From an uncultured virus (IMG/VR IMGVR_UViG_3300013372_001213) (Duplodnaviria > Heunggongvirae > Uroviricota > Caudoviricetes), in the IMG/VR virus record IMGVR_UViG_3300013372_001213: a DNA stretch of 64,000 nucleotides; one strand, written 5' to 3'. Below, piece by piece: positions 30,001-39,839 of the stretch; position 1 is the stretch's first letter; each line of letters starts with the position of its first letter. The notes below the pieces were generated by a model, which saw only the letters and a list, made by a program, of their open reading frames with translations, was not told where the DNA came from and did not search any database. Position numbers and translations under genes: made by a program.

Positions 30001-30408
30001 ATTGCAGAAGCTACAATGATATTAACAACAACAGCTTTAGCAGGTATCTTAATCTCTATGGGAGATGATGATGATGAATTAAAAGATAATTATGCTTATA
30101 ACTTTGCTTTATATGAAATGATAAGGATGAGAAGTGAAACTAGGGCTTATATTAATCCAAAAGATGCATATAAAGTTGTAAAATCTCCTAGTGCCATGAC
30201 AAGTACATTAGAAAGAGCTATTAAATTTACTGATCAGTTTTTCTTTACTTGGGATCCTGAAAAATTAACCTATCAAAGAAAATCAGGTGTATGGGAAAAG
30301 GGTGATAATAAATCATGGGCTGCTTTCTTAAAACTTATAGGGTATAGTGGTTATAATCTTGAACCAGGAGAAGCTGCTGAATCATTCTTAGGAACTATAA
30401 ATAAATAA
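27040..30408 (+). CDS. Large virion ejection protein (1122 aa), last gene of the cargo operon
   Basis: Long helical ORF with a C-terminal hydrophobic segment (MILTTTALAGILISMG); overlaps the upstream gene by 7 nt. Confidence 0.65.
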   Translation: MLGCPIESGEEWKKILASTNGNRRKALEKWRANDKLANDEDLNSKVDDEDFINDKGLDPVPAPEEKDKFSKLVEDIKLYLSKQYAILQKQKIARQTEKLQRLDEVIKAFSALEGVESIIMFVKDAYEKSQKVQERVNKILAEKDSMSRRDLIRSLSAVNDFANGYSILDEIEKEEIWEYFSEPVDPSIPDEELTPQQMLGKAIQTKRLVQNKFINEGIPLMAEFLLEYKSENSEEAILEQINKEKGIIETIKKDPSLTDEQKAVKIAKSEKEIAKYQSYSLDKEGLIEILKSASSDTSVLDYLISPLISSEDAAIALFAKAIKSNLETARLKDIKLKNELVSKLETYANTVSASMDNKAAFNEGLYEELNYDYIDYKTGETRTANYMAFVQKYDMSRYEREKFKFFEKLGSEPIPADPLNITRAEQNKIDTYRRKIGNWYSQNKKPKSAEEINKIISAKKKDLYNKVITQKEYDDWYEDRVYKNEEYGTTTYRKELSEPAEKYLNPKWTAMYDSKGNPKNVKGEYHKYLLETYLASQDLIPDSQKPGFRLPSIPKSDLERAMTDGVISTISENIKDATQVRAFDTQFGIADTAQLGVKFIPVNFIQHMSPKDVSLDLGKSVLLFASMANKYNALNELNAEISLFKTIISNPKRVLETNSKGENILDVFASKLGYEEFIKQNGESYSKKHLEAFLEMVVYGEMQKTEELFGLSTSKITNTLSAFSALTSIAMDPLKGIANNLQGNIQLIIEANSDQFFSKSDLATGKGFYLKSMPLMLSDFGKRTPESLVGQMIEFYDALQGEFRDQYGRKVTSSAAIKLLSSDTLFFNMHFGEHEIQVSTMLALMNATNVIDKKTGKTITLLQAHTQYGAYGVEENTDFSEKKRQDFQNRLHALNKRMHGVYNEFDKGTSQRYSMGRLVVMYRKHLVPGYKRRFKSMSMDQELGTFTEGFYISFWRLFAKDLVTFKWNMIQDWSTYTAFEKAQMKRAIAEATMILTTTALAGILISMGDDDDELKDNYAYNFALYEMIRMRSETRAYINPKDAYKVVKSPSAMTSTLERAIKFTDQFFFTWDPEKLTYQRKSGVWEKGDNKSWAAFLKLIGYSGYNLEPGEAAESFLGTINK

Positions 30409-30440
30409 AAAAAAAATAGGCTACCCCGAAGGATAGCCTA
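30407..30440 (-). terminator. Intrinsic terminator at the convergence of the two genome arms
   Basis: The minus strand reads UAGGCUAUCC-UUCG-GGGUAGCCUA followed by about 10 U (cUUCGg tetraloop). Confidence 0.85.
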
Positions 30441-30444
30441 TATA

Positions 30445-30828
30445 TTATTTGTAAAAGAACCTATGAAGAGCAGGTTTAAAGTAGTTGGGACCTTTTTGGA
30501 TTTTACCATCTTCTCTTAAAAGAGGTTCACCATTTTCACCTAATTTACTCATGTTTGATTCATGAATCTCATTAAAGACTTGTTCCATCTTATATTGCAT
30601 ACCGTGCTTTAACATGGTACCACATAAGATATACAATTGATCACCAAGAGCATCAGCAATATCTACTAAGTCTCCATTCCAACATGCTTCTTTGTACTCA
30701 TCATTTTCTTCAGCCATTAGTTTATGTCTAAGTAAAAAATCATCTTCAGAGATTAATGTAGGTTCATCAGCTTGGGTTTGCTTAAACACTCTGTGAAAAG
30801 CAGCTACTTTTTTTAATTGTTCTTCCAT
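30445..30828 (-). CDS. MazG-like / PRA-PH-type NTP pyrophosphohydrolase
   Basis: EENDEY...DIADALGDQLY...EIHESNMSK...GKIQKGPNY motif set. Confidence 0.85.
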   Translation of the reverse strand: MEEQLKKVAAFHRVFKQTQADEPTLISEDDFLLRHKLMAEENDEYKEACWNGDLVDIADALGDQLYILCGTMLKHGMQYKMEQVFNEIHESNMSKLGENGEPLLREDGKIQKGPNYFKPALHRFFYK

Positions 30829-30835
30829 TTTTAGA

Positions 30836-31054
30836 TTATTTAGTTTTGGGTTGTATTATTCCTTGTTCTATTAGTGAATTAGCTGTTCTGCCAAACCATC
30901 CTTGTAATGACCATGCTAGGCCAGTATCTACTAGATGTTGCCAAGCTTTTACTATATCATCCTCTGAATCACAGTCTATAAAGCCTTCTGCTATCCCTAT
31001 TGCTGTAAAATCATCAAATGTTTCTTCTGCTGTTTGATTGTCTAATGTATTCAT
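30836..31054 (-). CDS. Hypothetical phage protein (72 aa)
   Basis: ORF in the operon with a WQHLVDTGLAWSLQGWFGRTA motif. Confidence 0.7.
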   Translation of the reverse strand: MNTLDNQTAEETFDDFTAIGIAEGFIDCDSEDDIVKAWQHLVDTGLAWSLQGWFGRTANSLIEQGIIQPKTK

Positions 31055-31068
31055 AAAGTTTTAAAGTT

Positions 31069-31233
31069 TTAAAGTTTGTTTTTTTCTTCTTCCATTATCT
31101 TGATTAATTCTTCAAGATCTATTTGTTTACCTATTTTGATTTGTACTATTTCAGGTTCTTCACCTGGAATCTTATTAGGTAAGCCCTCCTGTTCTTTAGG
31201 AGAGCTTTCTTGGGTATTATCTTGATTATCCAT
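31069..31233 (-). CDS. Small acidic hypothetical protein (54 aa; not in the supplied track)
   Basis: MDNQDNTQ...EEEKNKL* fills the gap and overlaps the PolB stop. Confidence 0.55.
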   Translation of the reverse strand: MDNQDNTQESSPKEQEGLPNKIPGEEPEIVQIKIGKQIDLEELIKIMEEEKNKL

Positions 31234-33175
31234 TTTGTTCAAATAAATTTAATTGTGTTTTTTTATGTGTTATACTATCTATTTCTCTATAGATTGTTTC
31301 TAGGTAGTAGGAATCATTTACATCATAGTCTTTCCATGATTTTTCTACATATGTATTAAATATCTCCTGCATCCACTTTCCTGCCTCAACTTGAATCTCT
31401 CTTTTGTCTGCTCTATTTACTTTATATACTTTACATCCCTTGTTAGAAACATAATATCTTAAAGTGTTTTGCAAAATTTTTCTGTGGATACCATCTTTAT
31501 CTACACACACTTGCTGAAATTCCCAATTACCTTTGATTTTTACTCCTCCACAATAGTCATATATATTTCTATTATCTTGAAGGAATTGTTCTGGTAATAT
31601 GTTATCTACAAAGAATGCATAAATAGCCTTAGCAACTATCAAGAAGCTTTTGTTTTTGTGTAAATGAGTATACTTATGCTTAGCTAAGTCTTCCCACTCA
31701 AATCTACCTTTACATTTGGTTTTACCATCTGTATAAACTGCAATATAATTGTTTACATCCCAGATATACATAGCTTGATAATCTGCAAATTCTAGAGTTA
31801 GCTTTGTTTTAGCTTCCCAAGATTTACATATACTGTTATAAGTATCTATGTATTTTTCATCAAACATTAGGGTTGCACCATCAGTATTAGTTTGTAAAAG
31901 CATTGATCCAGGTATTGTTAAAAGTAGTTCTTCTGCTAGCATAGTGATCAGTAATTGACCATTAATAGTAGTTTGCATAGTATATTGAGGGTCAAATAAC
32001 CATGAATATTCACTATTACTATTACCATAACTTGCATTAGCTGCTTCTTTAAACCCTTCAATAATAGCCATGTCTCTGTCTTGCTTTGGTTTAGCTTTCT
32101 CAGCTAACCTTACATCTACAATATCTTCTTTATATACTTGAAAAAATTCTGTTCCTAAATGTGCTGGGAACATATTATTCATACAAGCTATACTTGGATA
32201 TAGAGAAGCTACATCTAGATCCTTGATGATAATAGTACCTTCTGCTTTATAAATACCAGTTTCTATACACTGATGTATACCACCGGCACCATAATCAAAG
32301 ATATAACCATTAAAGTCCATGGTATACTTAAAATCACTTTTTGTATTAGTAATTATCTTACCCTTTAACATCTCATGAAAGCCTTGAAAATCAATAGACT
32401 TAAATTCAATATATGGGAATAAGATATCTTTAACATTTATACCATTTCTTCTAGTTCTTAGTTGTCTTACTTCATAAGGTTGTCTACCAGTAGCAGCACA
32501 ATAAAGCTTTAGTAATAACTCACTTCCTAGTTTAGTATTTGAGAAATTATAACAATTTAACCCATACTTCTTTTTGATTTTGTTTCTTACATCAATTAAA
32601 GGTTTAGATAAATGTAAAATCTGCTTGGTAGAAACAACATCATTAATACAATAATCTACTACTGTTTTAATTTCTTCTTTTGTAGTGACTTTTGTATTAT
32701 GATGTATAGGCATATCCTGAACATTAGGAGAATCCATTGCAAATTGAGCCCACTTTAAACTAGTTCTTTTGTTAGCATTATCCCAATGGTTTATCTTAAA
32801 TACATCTATTTGCTGTATACTAAGCTTCCATTCAGGATAATCCAAGAATTCATTGTTATTGGATTTCCTAATGACAGACTGAGCCTGCTCATAGATATGA
32901 TCAATTATTTCATTAACAGGTAGCTTTTTTAACTTTTTATGATTAACAAGAATAAACTCAGTAATCTGAGAGTCAAAAGCCAAACCATTAAATGATATAT
33001 GCCATTCCTTATGTTCTTTATTATGCTGTAAAAACTCTACAAAAGCTTCATAATCATTCTTTAATTCATGTATTACAAAGACTTTTCTATCCTCACTTTT
33101 ATAATCAATAAACACAGCCACAAAAAGATTGATCATGGTCTCATAATCCATCACATAGTTTGTTTTCTTATCCAT
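31226..33175 (-). CDS. polB: Family B DNA polymerase with 3'-5' exonuclease domain
   Basis: Exonuclease motifs MDYE, FNGLAFD and YCIND; polymerase motifs DLDVASLYPS, KEAANASYG and QTNTDG. Confidence 0.92.
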   Translation of the reverse strand: MDKKTNYVMDYETMINLFVAVFIDYKSEDRKVFVIHELKNDYEAFVEFLQHNKEHKEWHISFNGLAFDSQITEFILVNHKKLKKLPVNEIIDHIYEQAQSVIRKSNNNEFLDYPEWKLSIQQIDVFKINHWDNANKRTSLKWAQFAMDSPNVQDMPIHHNTKVTTKEEIKTVVDYCINDVVSTKQILHLSKPLIDVRNKIKKKYGLNCYNFSNTKLGSELLLKLYCAATGRQPYEVRQLRTRRNGINVKDILFPYIEFKSIDFQGFHEMLKGKIITNTKSDFKYTMDFNGYIFDYGAGGIHQCIETGIYKAEGTIIIKDLDVASLYPSIACMNNMFPAHLGTEFFQVYKEDIVDVRLAEKAKPKQDRDMAIIEGFKEAANASYGNSNSEYSWLFDPQYTMQTTINGQLLITMLAEELLLTIPGSMLLQTNTDGATLMFDEKYIDTYNSICKSWEAKTKLTLEFADYQAMYIWDVNNYIAVYTDGKTKCKGRFEWEDLAKHKYTHLHKNKSFLIVAKAIYAFFVDNILPEQFLQDNRNIYDYCGGVKIKGNWEFQQVCVDKDGIHRKILQNTLRYYVSNKGCKVYKVNRADKREIQVEAGKWMQEIFNTYVEKSWKDYDVNDSYYLETIYREIDSITHKKTQLNLFEQNG

Positions 33176-33192
33176 CTTATTAATATTAAAAT

Positions 33193-33221
33193 AAAAAAAG
33201 GGAGCAGATTTCTCTACTCCC
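33193..33221 (-). terminator. Intrinsic terminator
   Basis: Minus-strand GGGAGUAG/CUGCUCCC hairpin followed by U7. Confidence 0.7.
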
Positions 33222-33241
33222 CATTATTCACAAGGACCTTA

Positions 33242-33667
33242 TTATGGCATAATAATAGAAGGCTTGGGAGCTTCTACTACAGGCCCTTGAAAATGTTGCA
33301 TGTAATCAACCTTATCTGCATTTACTGCAAAGGATTGAACAAATGCCATAATCTCAGTTTGATCTAAAATAAAATATTTCTGAAGTAATTCAGTCATTCT
33401 TCTTTCTTGTTTAACTGTAACTTGTTGACCAGTCTCTTCATCAACCTTAGGAGCTTTTCTCATTTCAGCATCACCATTTTCATTTACTTTAGCAAACATG
33501 GCATACTCATTTCTCTTGAAAGTAGAGGTAATCTCTAGAGCTTTCTTGTCTTTGTTGTACACTACATCTAAGTAAGGGCAATCACTACTTGCTGGAATCA
33601 TTCTAAAGGTGTTAACATCAGGAGACCAAGGTGCTGTTACTAACAGCATTGTTTTTAAATTTGTCAT
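33242..33667 (-). CDS. Hypothetical protein (141 aa)
   Basis: ORF in the replication operon. Confidence 0.7.
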   Translation of the reverse strand: MTNLKTMLLVTAPWSPDVNTFRMIPASSDCPYLDVVYNKDKKALEITSTFKRNEYAMFAKVNENGDAEMRKAPKVDEETGQQVTVKQERRMTELLQKYFILDQTEIMAFVQSFAVNADKVDYMQHFQGPVVEAPKPSIIMP

Positions 33668-33693
33668 TTTTTTATTGGTTTATTTGTTACAAA

Positions 33694-34260
33694 TTAAACT
33701 ATTTTGGACTTGAATTCCAAATTTATTATTTCAGTTCTAAGAGTTTCTTTATCAAAATCAACAAGAGAACATAATTCCCCTACCTCTTTTAATATAGACT
33801 CTTTAACCTCTATCATTTCTGAGTACATTTTATAGTACTTTTCAGGATACATATAACTTTCAATATAAGCATAGTTAGAGTTAGTTCTACCATAAAAGTT
33901 TTCTATTTTCCTTTTATAGTCACCACTAAGCTTTGAGTATTTACCTGTTAATATTTTATCCCAATCTTCTGAATAAAGGTTGAAGTCAAATATATAAACC
34001 CCTTTATTATCTTCAACTTGTTTAAAGTCATAGAAGAGTTTATTACCTAACAATTTTTCTTTTTCAAACTGTGTAAATTCTGCATCATCTCTAAGATGAT
34101 AGTGACAGATTAATTTTCTATCACTTAAACTATACCGGTTTTCCCAGCTCAGATAAGTTTCAATAGGAGTTACACTAGAACCCCTCTTTATTTCCAAAAT
34201 AGGGTACATAAATACCCTGCTTTTTTGGAAATAGTTTTTATACAATGATTGTATGGCCAT
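33694..34260 (-). CDS. Hypothetical protein (188 aa)
   Basis: ORF in the replication operon. Confidence 0.7.
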   Translation of the reverse strand: MAIQSLYKNYFQKSRVFMYPILEIKRGSSVTPIETYLSWENRYSLSDRKLICHYHLRDDAEFTQFEKEKLLGNKLFYDFKQVEDNKGVYIFDFNLYSEDWDKILTGKYSKLSGDYKRKIENFYGRTNSNYAYIESYMYPEKYYKMYSEMIEVKESILKEVGELCSLVDFDKETLRTEIINLEFKSKIV

Positions 34261-34270
34261 AATTATAAAT

Positions 34271-35278
34271 TTACAAAATTACTTGACTTGTAGCAAAGTT
34301 GTAAGGTAAACTATAATTATTATTCTTGTAATGCCAATATAATTCAACTAATCTATCTGAAAGCTCAAAATCCCACATTTCTAAGGTGGTATCTGATACT
34401 TTAAAACAGTATACTTGATTATATTTATCTATAACTATAAAGTTAAATACAACAGTCCATTCAGGAGTAATAATATGTTTATATACTTCTTTGACAAGTC
34501 TTGTGTAAATAGCCGCTTGGATACTATAGTTATAGAAGTTAACAGTTTCTGGAAAGTCTGTGATAGTCTTACCAGTTGTCTTTAAGTCATTGATATAAAT
34601 AATCTTCTTATCATGATTGATTTGAATACTATCTGCAACACCTTTTAAACCTATATTCTCTATTCCTATTGCATCTGAAGACAGTTCTATTTCATTAAAC
34701 ATGTCTATGTTTTCCATCTCTGATCTATATAACCCTAGTAGTTCACAAACTTTGCTGTCTGCTTTTAATAAGGTTACTGCTTCATTACATCTTTGTAATG
34801 TCTCTGAATCTATAAGATCTCTGTTTCCTTTAGATTTTAAGAATTCAAAGTAGCTAACAGTTTCTTCTGTAATGATCTTTGATAGTCTTTGGTCATCTGT
34901 TTTGAGTGATTGGTGTAGGTTGATTTCTTTGAGTATATCTAGAATTTGAGTACCATAATCAGCTAAAGTGCCAGGGTCTTCTGCTTGACTATAAACTTTA
35001 TCTACTACTGTTCTTGAGTTGCCTGTTGGGAGAGTTGATGGTAAAAGTATGAAATTTTCTTCAAATGAACCATCATTTAACAATAATCCATGGATAACTT
35101 TTCCATCTATAAGATGTGAATCAGTTCTATCTTCTCTTTGTTTGAGAATATAATGATTGTAAAACATCTTTGGTGAATACAATAATTTGTTTAAACCTGA
35201 GTAACTTATGTTAAAAGGTTTTGCATAAAACTCCTGCTCTAATTCAGCAGGAGTCTTTGTTTTAGGTGTTTCTATCAT
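34271..35278 (-). CDS. PD-(D/E)xK exonuclease (RecE/exoVIII/Cas4-like)
   Basis: SYSGL, G..IHGLLL, KGVADSI...INDLKTT and YSIQAAIY motifs. Confidence 0.85.
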   Translation of the reverse strand: MIETPKTKTPAELEQEFYAKPFNISYSGLNKLLYSPKMFYNHYILKQREDRTDSHLIDGKVIHGLLLNDGSFEENFILLPSTLPTGNSRTVVDKVYSQAEDPGTLADYGTQILDILKEINLHQSLKTDDQRLSKIITEETVSYFEFLKSKGNRDLIDSETLQRCNEAVTLLKADSKVCELLGLYRSEMENIDMFNEIELSSDAIGIENIGLKGVADSIQINHDKKIIYINDLKTTGKTITDFPETVNFYNYSIQAAIYTRLVKEVYKHIITPEWTVVFNFIVIDKYNQVYCFKVSDTTLEMWDFELSDRLVELYWHYKNNNYSLPYNFATSQVIL

Positions 35279-36474
35279 GAATAAAAATTGTTTAAGTTTA
35301 CTTCTGGTGTAGGTATTTCTGGTATCTCTATTTCTTCTTCTACTACAGGTGCAGTCTGAACAGGTATGTGCTTTAGCATAGCTTCTATAACTTCTAAAGA
35401 AGGAACTACACTTGTAGCTTTAAAGTATTTAGTTTCTCCTGATTCTAATACTTGTTCTGTTGCAAAAGGCATCAATAGATCTAAGCATTCTTTAGTCATA
35501 ATATCCTTTTTGATAAGGATTTCAACTATGTCATCAAAGCTCATGTGATATTTAACATTTATATCAAAAAACTTTAAAAAACTTTTAAAGTTTATATGAT
35601 TTTTCATATCAGAATTATACATTTCAGATTTATAATCTTTAACCAAGAATAATAAGTAGATAGCAGATTTTAAATAATCACAATTAGCCATAGATTCCAT
35701 AGCTACTTTATGATTAGAAGAGTCATCACTTTCAAATAAATTCTTCATCCCTTCATAGATTTCTTTATCCATTACAAGTTCTGAGTTTAACAAGCTTACT
35801 AAAGAAGATTCATCATAAACATCACCATGATTTGATAATGTTAAATAGTCAGCTTCTTGTGCAGCATCTTCAAAATGATAAAAATCACTATCTGAATCAC
35901 ATTCTATTAATGTTTCATCAAATGGTATAAGTTTATCATCATCATCATAATTCTCAAGATCAGATCTTTCTAAAAATTCATATTTAGGCCCTTTAAAAGC
36001 TCCATAATTTTTAATTTGATATAAAAAACTTCTATTTATAAGAACAAAATTAGCTTGTGAATTTTCTATATCTTTTATAAGTTGAAAAAGTTCATTACCA
36101 TTATATCTTATTTTAACTTCAGCAAGATATTTTAACATTGCTCTTTTTGTAATAGATGCAGTATAATCAAATTTTTCAAAATAAGAACCTTTAATATTAT
36201 CCTCATTAGTAAACCAGATATTAGCTGTGTCTTTAAATTTTGCTACTGATAACTTGTTGGCTTCACAGAAACCCTTTACCTTAAATCTAGGTATATTACA
36301 ATCAGGAAATATATACAACCTATCTTTTGCAACAGGAACATATAAACCTTTAAGAATCTTTAATGAAGGACTTTCATTAAATACTTCTACACTTTTGTAT
36401 TCTAAAACAGTAGAATAACTATTATCTTTTATAGGAAGTTTATCTATACAGATACATTGTTCTTTATTGATCAT
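35275..36474 (-). CDS. Hypothetical protein, possibly BRCT-like at the N-terminus, with a shared C-terminal helical motif
   Basis: LYIFPDCNIPRFKVK...ANIWF; its C-terminal motif is shared with two neighbouring genes. Confidence 0.55.
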   Translation of the reverse strand: MINKEQCICIDKLPIKDNSYSTVLEYKSVEVFNESPSLKILKGLYVPVAKDRLYIFPDCNIPRFKVKGFCEANKLSVAKFKDTANIWFTNEDNIKGSYFEKFDYTASITKRAMLKYLAEVKIRYNGNELFQLIKDIENSQANFVLINRSFLYQIKNYGAFKGPKYEFLERSDLENYDDDDKLIPFDETLIECDSDSDFYHFEDAAQEADYLTLSNHGDVYDESSLVSLLNSELVMDKEIYEGMKNLFESDDSSNHKVAMESMANCDYLKSAIYLLFLVKDYKSEMYNSDMKNHINFKSFLKFFDINVKYHMSFDDIVEILIKKDIMTKECLDLLMPFATEQVLESGETKYFKATSVVPSLEVIEAMLKHIPVQTAPVVEEEIEIPEIPTPEVNLNNFYS

Positions 36475-36949
36475 ATTTAGTAATTGTTATAGGTTCAACA
36501 TTTAAAGCTAAGTGCTTATATTTTTCTTTTACAGTTATTACTACATCATAGAAAGTATTAGAACATTGAGTTTCAATTCTTTCTATAATTTCTTCTTCTA
36601 GTTTTTGATAAATTTCAGGTGTTAACCATCCTTGTGTATTAAGAAACTCAGCAAAAGGTCTTTCAGATTTTTGAGATATATGAAATAATCTTGATTGATC
36701 TCTAAAGTTTCTACTAGCTTTAGTTCTAAGATTAACCATTCTACTTGCATACCAAGACTTTCTTGATAATTGCCATATCCAATAAATTGATTTCTCAATG
36801 TCACAGGTATTTAGGATTAACTGGGCCATTTTATGATCAGCTTCATCATTACTTCCTAACATTTTAGCCAATGATTGACCTATTTCTTCATTTAATACAA
36901 CAGCCTCTCCCTTTACAGGAGAAGCTGTTATTACTTTTTTGTCTTCCAT
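36464..36949 (-). CDS. Hypothetical protein with the shared helical motif
   Basis: SLAKMLGSNDEADHKMAQLILNTCDIEKS. Confidence 0.65.
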   Translation of the reverse strand: MEDKKVITASPVKGEAVVLNEEIGQSLAKMLGSNDEADHKMAQLILNTCDIEKSIYWIWQLSRKSWYASRMVNLRTKASRNFRDQSRLFHISQKSERPFAEFLNTQGWLTPEIYQKLEEEIIERIETQCSNTFYDVVITVKEKYKHLALNVEPITITKYDQ

Positions 36950-36952
36950 AAT

Positions 36953-38137
36953 TTATTTCATTGCCATTTTAACTACTTCTGCATTTAACATTAATTTCTG
37001 AAACTTAGCTTTGTTTGCATTGATTACCTTCTTTACAATAATATATTTTAAATCATTAGTAAATACTTCACCTGTACAGAACTTAGTTAATCTTTCTGTA
37101 ACAGCTGGTGTAATTGTGTTATTCTCTGCATAGTTAGTAGTAAAGTTAATTAACCTTGTTGCTAATACACTTGCAATATCAGCTCTATAATCAGGACCTA
37201 AACCAATACAGCTGTTTAACTCACCAATGATATAAGATTCATTTTGGTGTAACAACATGTCTTTAGGAGTTACTAACTTATCTAATTTATTATTAATAAA
37301 TGTAGTAAAGAAAGTACTAAAATTTGGGTTAGTGGTTGCCTCACCTAACTGCTGAATCAATGGTAACTGATCTGCAAAATTATCAATAGACATTAATGAG
37401 TTAAAGAACATAGTTACAGTTCTTGCATTAATATCTTCTGCATCCATTAATTCTGGGTGTAATAACAAGAAGTTAATACATCTTGAATCAATACCTGTCT
37501 TCTCTGCATATCTAGCCCAAACATCTACATCAAACTTAAAGTTTACATTAATAACCCTAGTCTTTTGTGCACCATCCATTGCTGATACAGAATAGTTACC
37601 ATTATCAGGATTAGAAGTTAAGATAATCATAGAACCTTTAGGTAAACACCAGTTATTATAACATTGTGTTTCTAATAAGGTCATAGTAGCTTGAATAAAT
37701 TTCTCACTTGCTCTACTATAATCATCCAATAATAAAATCATTGGTGCTTCTTTACCATGAATCCACTCTGGAGCAGCGTGAGTCATTCTCTTCTCTCCTG
37801 TTGGTTTAAAACCTCCTTGGATATACTGAGGAATTGCTCCTTCTACTACCCAGCGGATAGCATTATCTTTACTTTTCATCTCATGCTCTTTACATGGATA
37901 ACCTACTAAGTCAGATACATCTTCTAACTCTGCTAAGTTCTTTCTAACTAATTCCATTCCTAGTTCATTAGCTAATTGCAAGATAGTAGAAGTCTTACCT
38001 CCACCTGCTTCACCTTCTACATTTACTGCTTGTACAGGTAAGCCTTTTTCAGTTAATAACTGATTATTTTTATATATATAATTTAAGAATGTTTTTAATT
38101 CTTCTGAGTTTAAGCTGATTTTGTTTGTTGTTGACAT
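36953..38137 (-). CDS. MoxR-type AAA+ ATPase
   Basis: Walker A GEAGGGKT, Walker B LLLDDYSRA, TSNP, and adjacency to a VWA gene. Confidence 0.85.
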   Translation of the reverse strand: MSTTNKISLNSEELKTFLNYIYKNNQLLTEKGLPVQAVNVEGEAGGGKTSTILQLANELGMELVRKNLAELEDVSDLVGYPCKEHEMKSKDNAIRWVVEGAIPQYIQGGFKPTGEKRMTHAAPEWIHGKEAPMILLLDDYSRASEKFIQATMTLLETQCYNNWCLPKGSMIILTSNPDNGNYSVSAMDGAQKTRVINVNFKFDVDVWARYAEKTGIDSRCINFLLLHPELMDAEDINARTVTMFFNSLMSIDNFADQLPLIQQLGEATTNPNFSTFFTTFINNKLDKLVTPKDMLLHQNESYIIGELNSCIGLGPDYRADIASVLATRLINFTTNYAENNTITPAVTERLTKFCTGEVFTNDLKYIIVKKVINANKAKFQKLMLNAEVVKMAMK

Positions 38138-38152
38138 AATTTATTTTTAATA

Positions 38153-39397
38153 TTAGTTTAATTGAATTTGTAATCCTTGTAAATCTTCATTTAATCCATT
38201 AGATGCACTAGAGATAACCCATAATACAGGTCCTCTGCATCTATCAGGTGCAGGAGCTTCTCCATCAGTAAGATAAATTAAACAGTTATACTTCTTAGTA
38301 TTTTGATCATAGTAATCTGTTACCGGATGGAAGCTAGTGCCTCCTCTACCATGTATTTCAAAATCCTTCTTAGGATCAAACTTACCTATATGAGATATAG
38401 AACTATCACATTGAACAATGGTTACATCAGTACCTGTTCTGCTAATGTGATAAATCTCATTAAGGAATTCTTTAAGCTCATCAGTGCTCACTGATCCTGA
38501 GGTATCTACAGCAACTAAGATATGTCTTCTGTGTTTGTGTTTTAAACCTGGGTTTTCAATAAATCTGAAATTAGGTTTATGTCTTGACATTTTAGTAAAT
38601 GTCTTGATAGAACCACCAACAAATCTTCTTAAATATCCTCTCCAATTAAACTTTGAAGGCTCTATTTGAGATAATTTACTAATGATTTCTGCCATTTCTC
38701 CAGGGATAGTTCCTCTAGATTTTGTTACTTGATCTACAACTTCTTTCAATATGTGTTCAGTCTGTGTTTTAATCAACTTCTTAGTTGCTTCATCTAATCC
38801 TTCAAACTCTGCCCATGTACTATGATCAGGAACATTTACTTCAACTTCACCTTTTCCATTAATACTTACTGTTACTTTAATCTGACTATTTCCATTTCCT
38901 TCTCCTTCACATTCACCACTACTTGCTCCCAACATCTTATCTAGATTAGGACAAGTACCTGGATTTTGTGCAGCTTCCATTAGTTTATCATAATAATACT
39001 GAGTACCTCTTTTAGGTTCTAAGTTTAGTTCTGGATAAACTTCTGGTAATTGAGGTCCAGGAGGTAAATGATCTTTATCAATATATTGATTGATCTCAAT
39101 ATCCATTGCAATGTTAGATATTTCTCTATTAGTTAAGTGCTCATAATCTGTAATATGAAAAAATGCAATGTGCAATAGCTCATGTTTGAGTAGACCTATA
39201 TGCTGCTTTGCTTCTAATTCATTCCAGAAGCCTTCATTAAGATATAATTGATAATTAACACCTAACCTGCTTACTCCTGCTGTGGGTACTTTTGTACTCC
39301 ATTGTTTGTTTAACATAATGAGAAATAAACCATAAAATGGTTCTTTCAGCATTAAATCTTTACTAGCCTTGGCTAACTCTTCACTTTTGTTTTTCAT
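38153..39397 (-). CDS. Metallopeptidase-like (HExxH) plus VWA domain protein (DUF2201-type)
   Basis: HELLH; MIDAS motifs VDTSGSVS, GRGGT and LTDG. Confidence 0.85.
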   Translation of the reverse strand: MKNKSEELAKASKDLMLKEPFYGLFLIMLNKQWSTKVPTAGVSRLGVNYQLYLNEGFWNELEAKQHIGLLKHELLHIAFFHITDYEHLTNREISNIAMDIEINQYIDKDHLPPGPQLPEVYPELNLEPKRGTQYYYDKLMEAAQNPGTCPNLDKMLGASSGECEGEGNGNSQIKVTVSINGKGEVEVNVPDHSTWAEFEGLDEATKKLIKTQTEHILKEVVDQVTKSRGTIPGEMAEIISKLSQIEPSKFNWRGYLRRFVGGSIKTFTKMSRHKPNFRFIENPGLKHKHRRHILVAVDTSGSVSTDELKEFLNEIYHISRTGTDVTIVQCDSSISHIGKFDPKKDFEIHGRGGTSFHPVTDYYDQNTKKYNCLIYLTDGEAPAPDRCRGPVLWVISSASNGLNEDLQGLQIQLN

Positions 39398-39839
39398 TGT
39401 CTTTAAGTTTTATAAATTTTAATGTAAACTCTAAATCATCTACAAAATTAAATGCTTTTTGTAGACCCTCTTTTAAGAACTTACTAAAGTCTGCCAAAAA
39501 AAAATTTAAGTTTTCTTCTTTGTTATCTTGAGTTTTAATAATCTCAAGTATATTAGCATGCTTAATTATATTATTAGTAGGTTCAAAACCTAAAGATCCA
39601 TGATAATCTAGTACCTTTTTACAGTTAGCTTTCCACATAGAATATAAAGCATTACCATGTTTTCTTAAAAATAATGTATAAATTAAAGATTTCTTTTGAT
39701 CTACATTATTAAGACATTCAAAAGCTACTATTTTATCTTCATCATCTCCATTAAGCATATTTAGCAAAGTATCATAAGATTCAGCATCTAAAATCAGTTT
39801 ATCTTTTAGTCCTCTATTTTTAATGTTCTTGTCATCCAT
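39381..39839 (-). CDS. Hypothetical protein with the shared helical motif
   Basis: YDTLLNMLNGDDEDKIVAFECLNNVDQKKS. Confidence 0.65.
   Translation of the reverse strand: MDDKNIKNRGLKDKLILDAESYDTLLNMLNGDDEDKIVAFECLNNVDQKKSLIYTLFLRKHGNALYSMWKANCKKVLDYHGSLGFEPTNNIIKHANILEIIKTQDNKEENLNFFLADFSKFLKEGLQKAFNFVDDLEFTLKFIKLKDNEKQK

Noticed and set aside
31226..33175. Intron or intein in PolB, primase or helicases
   Set aside because: The ORFs are compact and uninterrupted, with normally spaced motifs.
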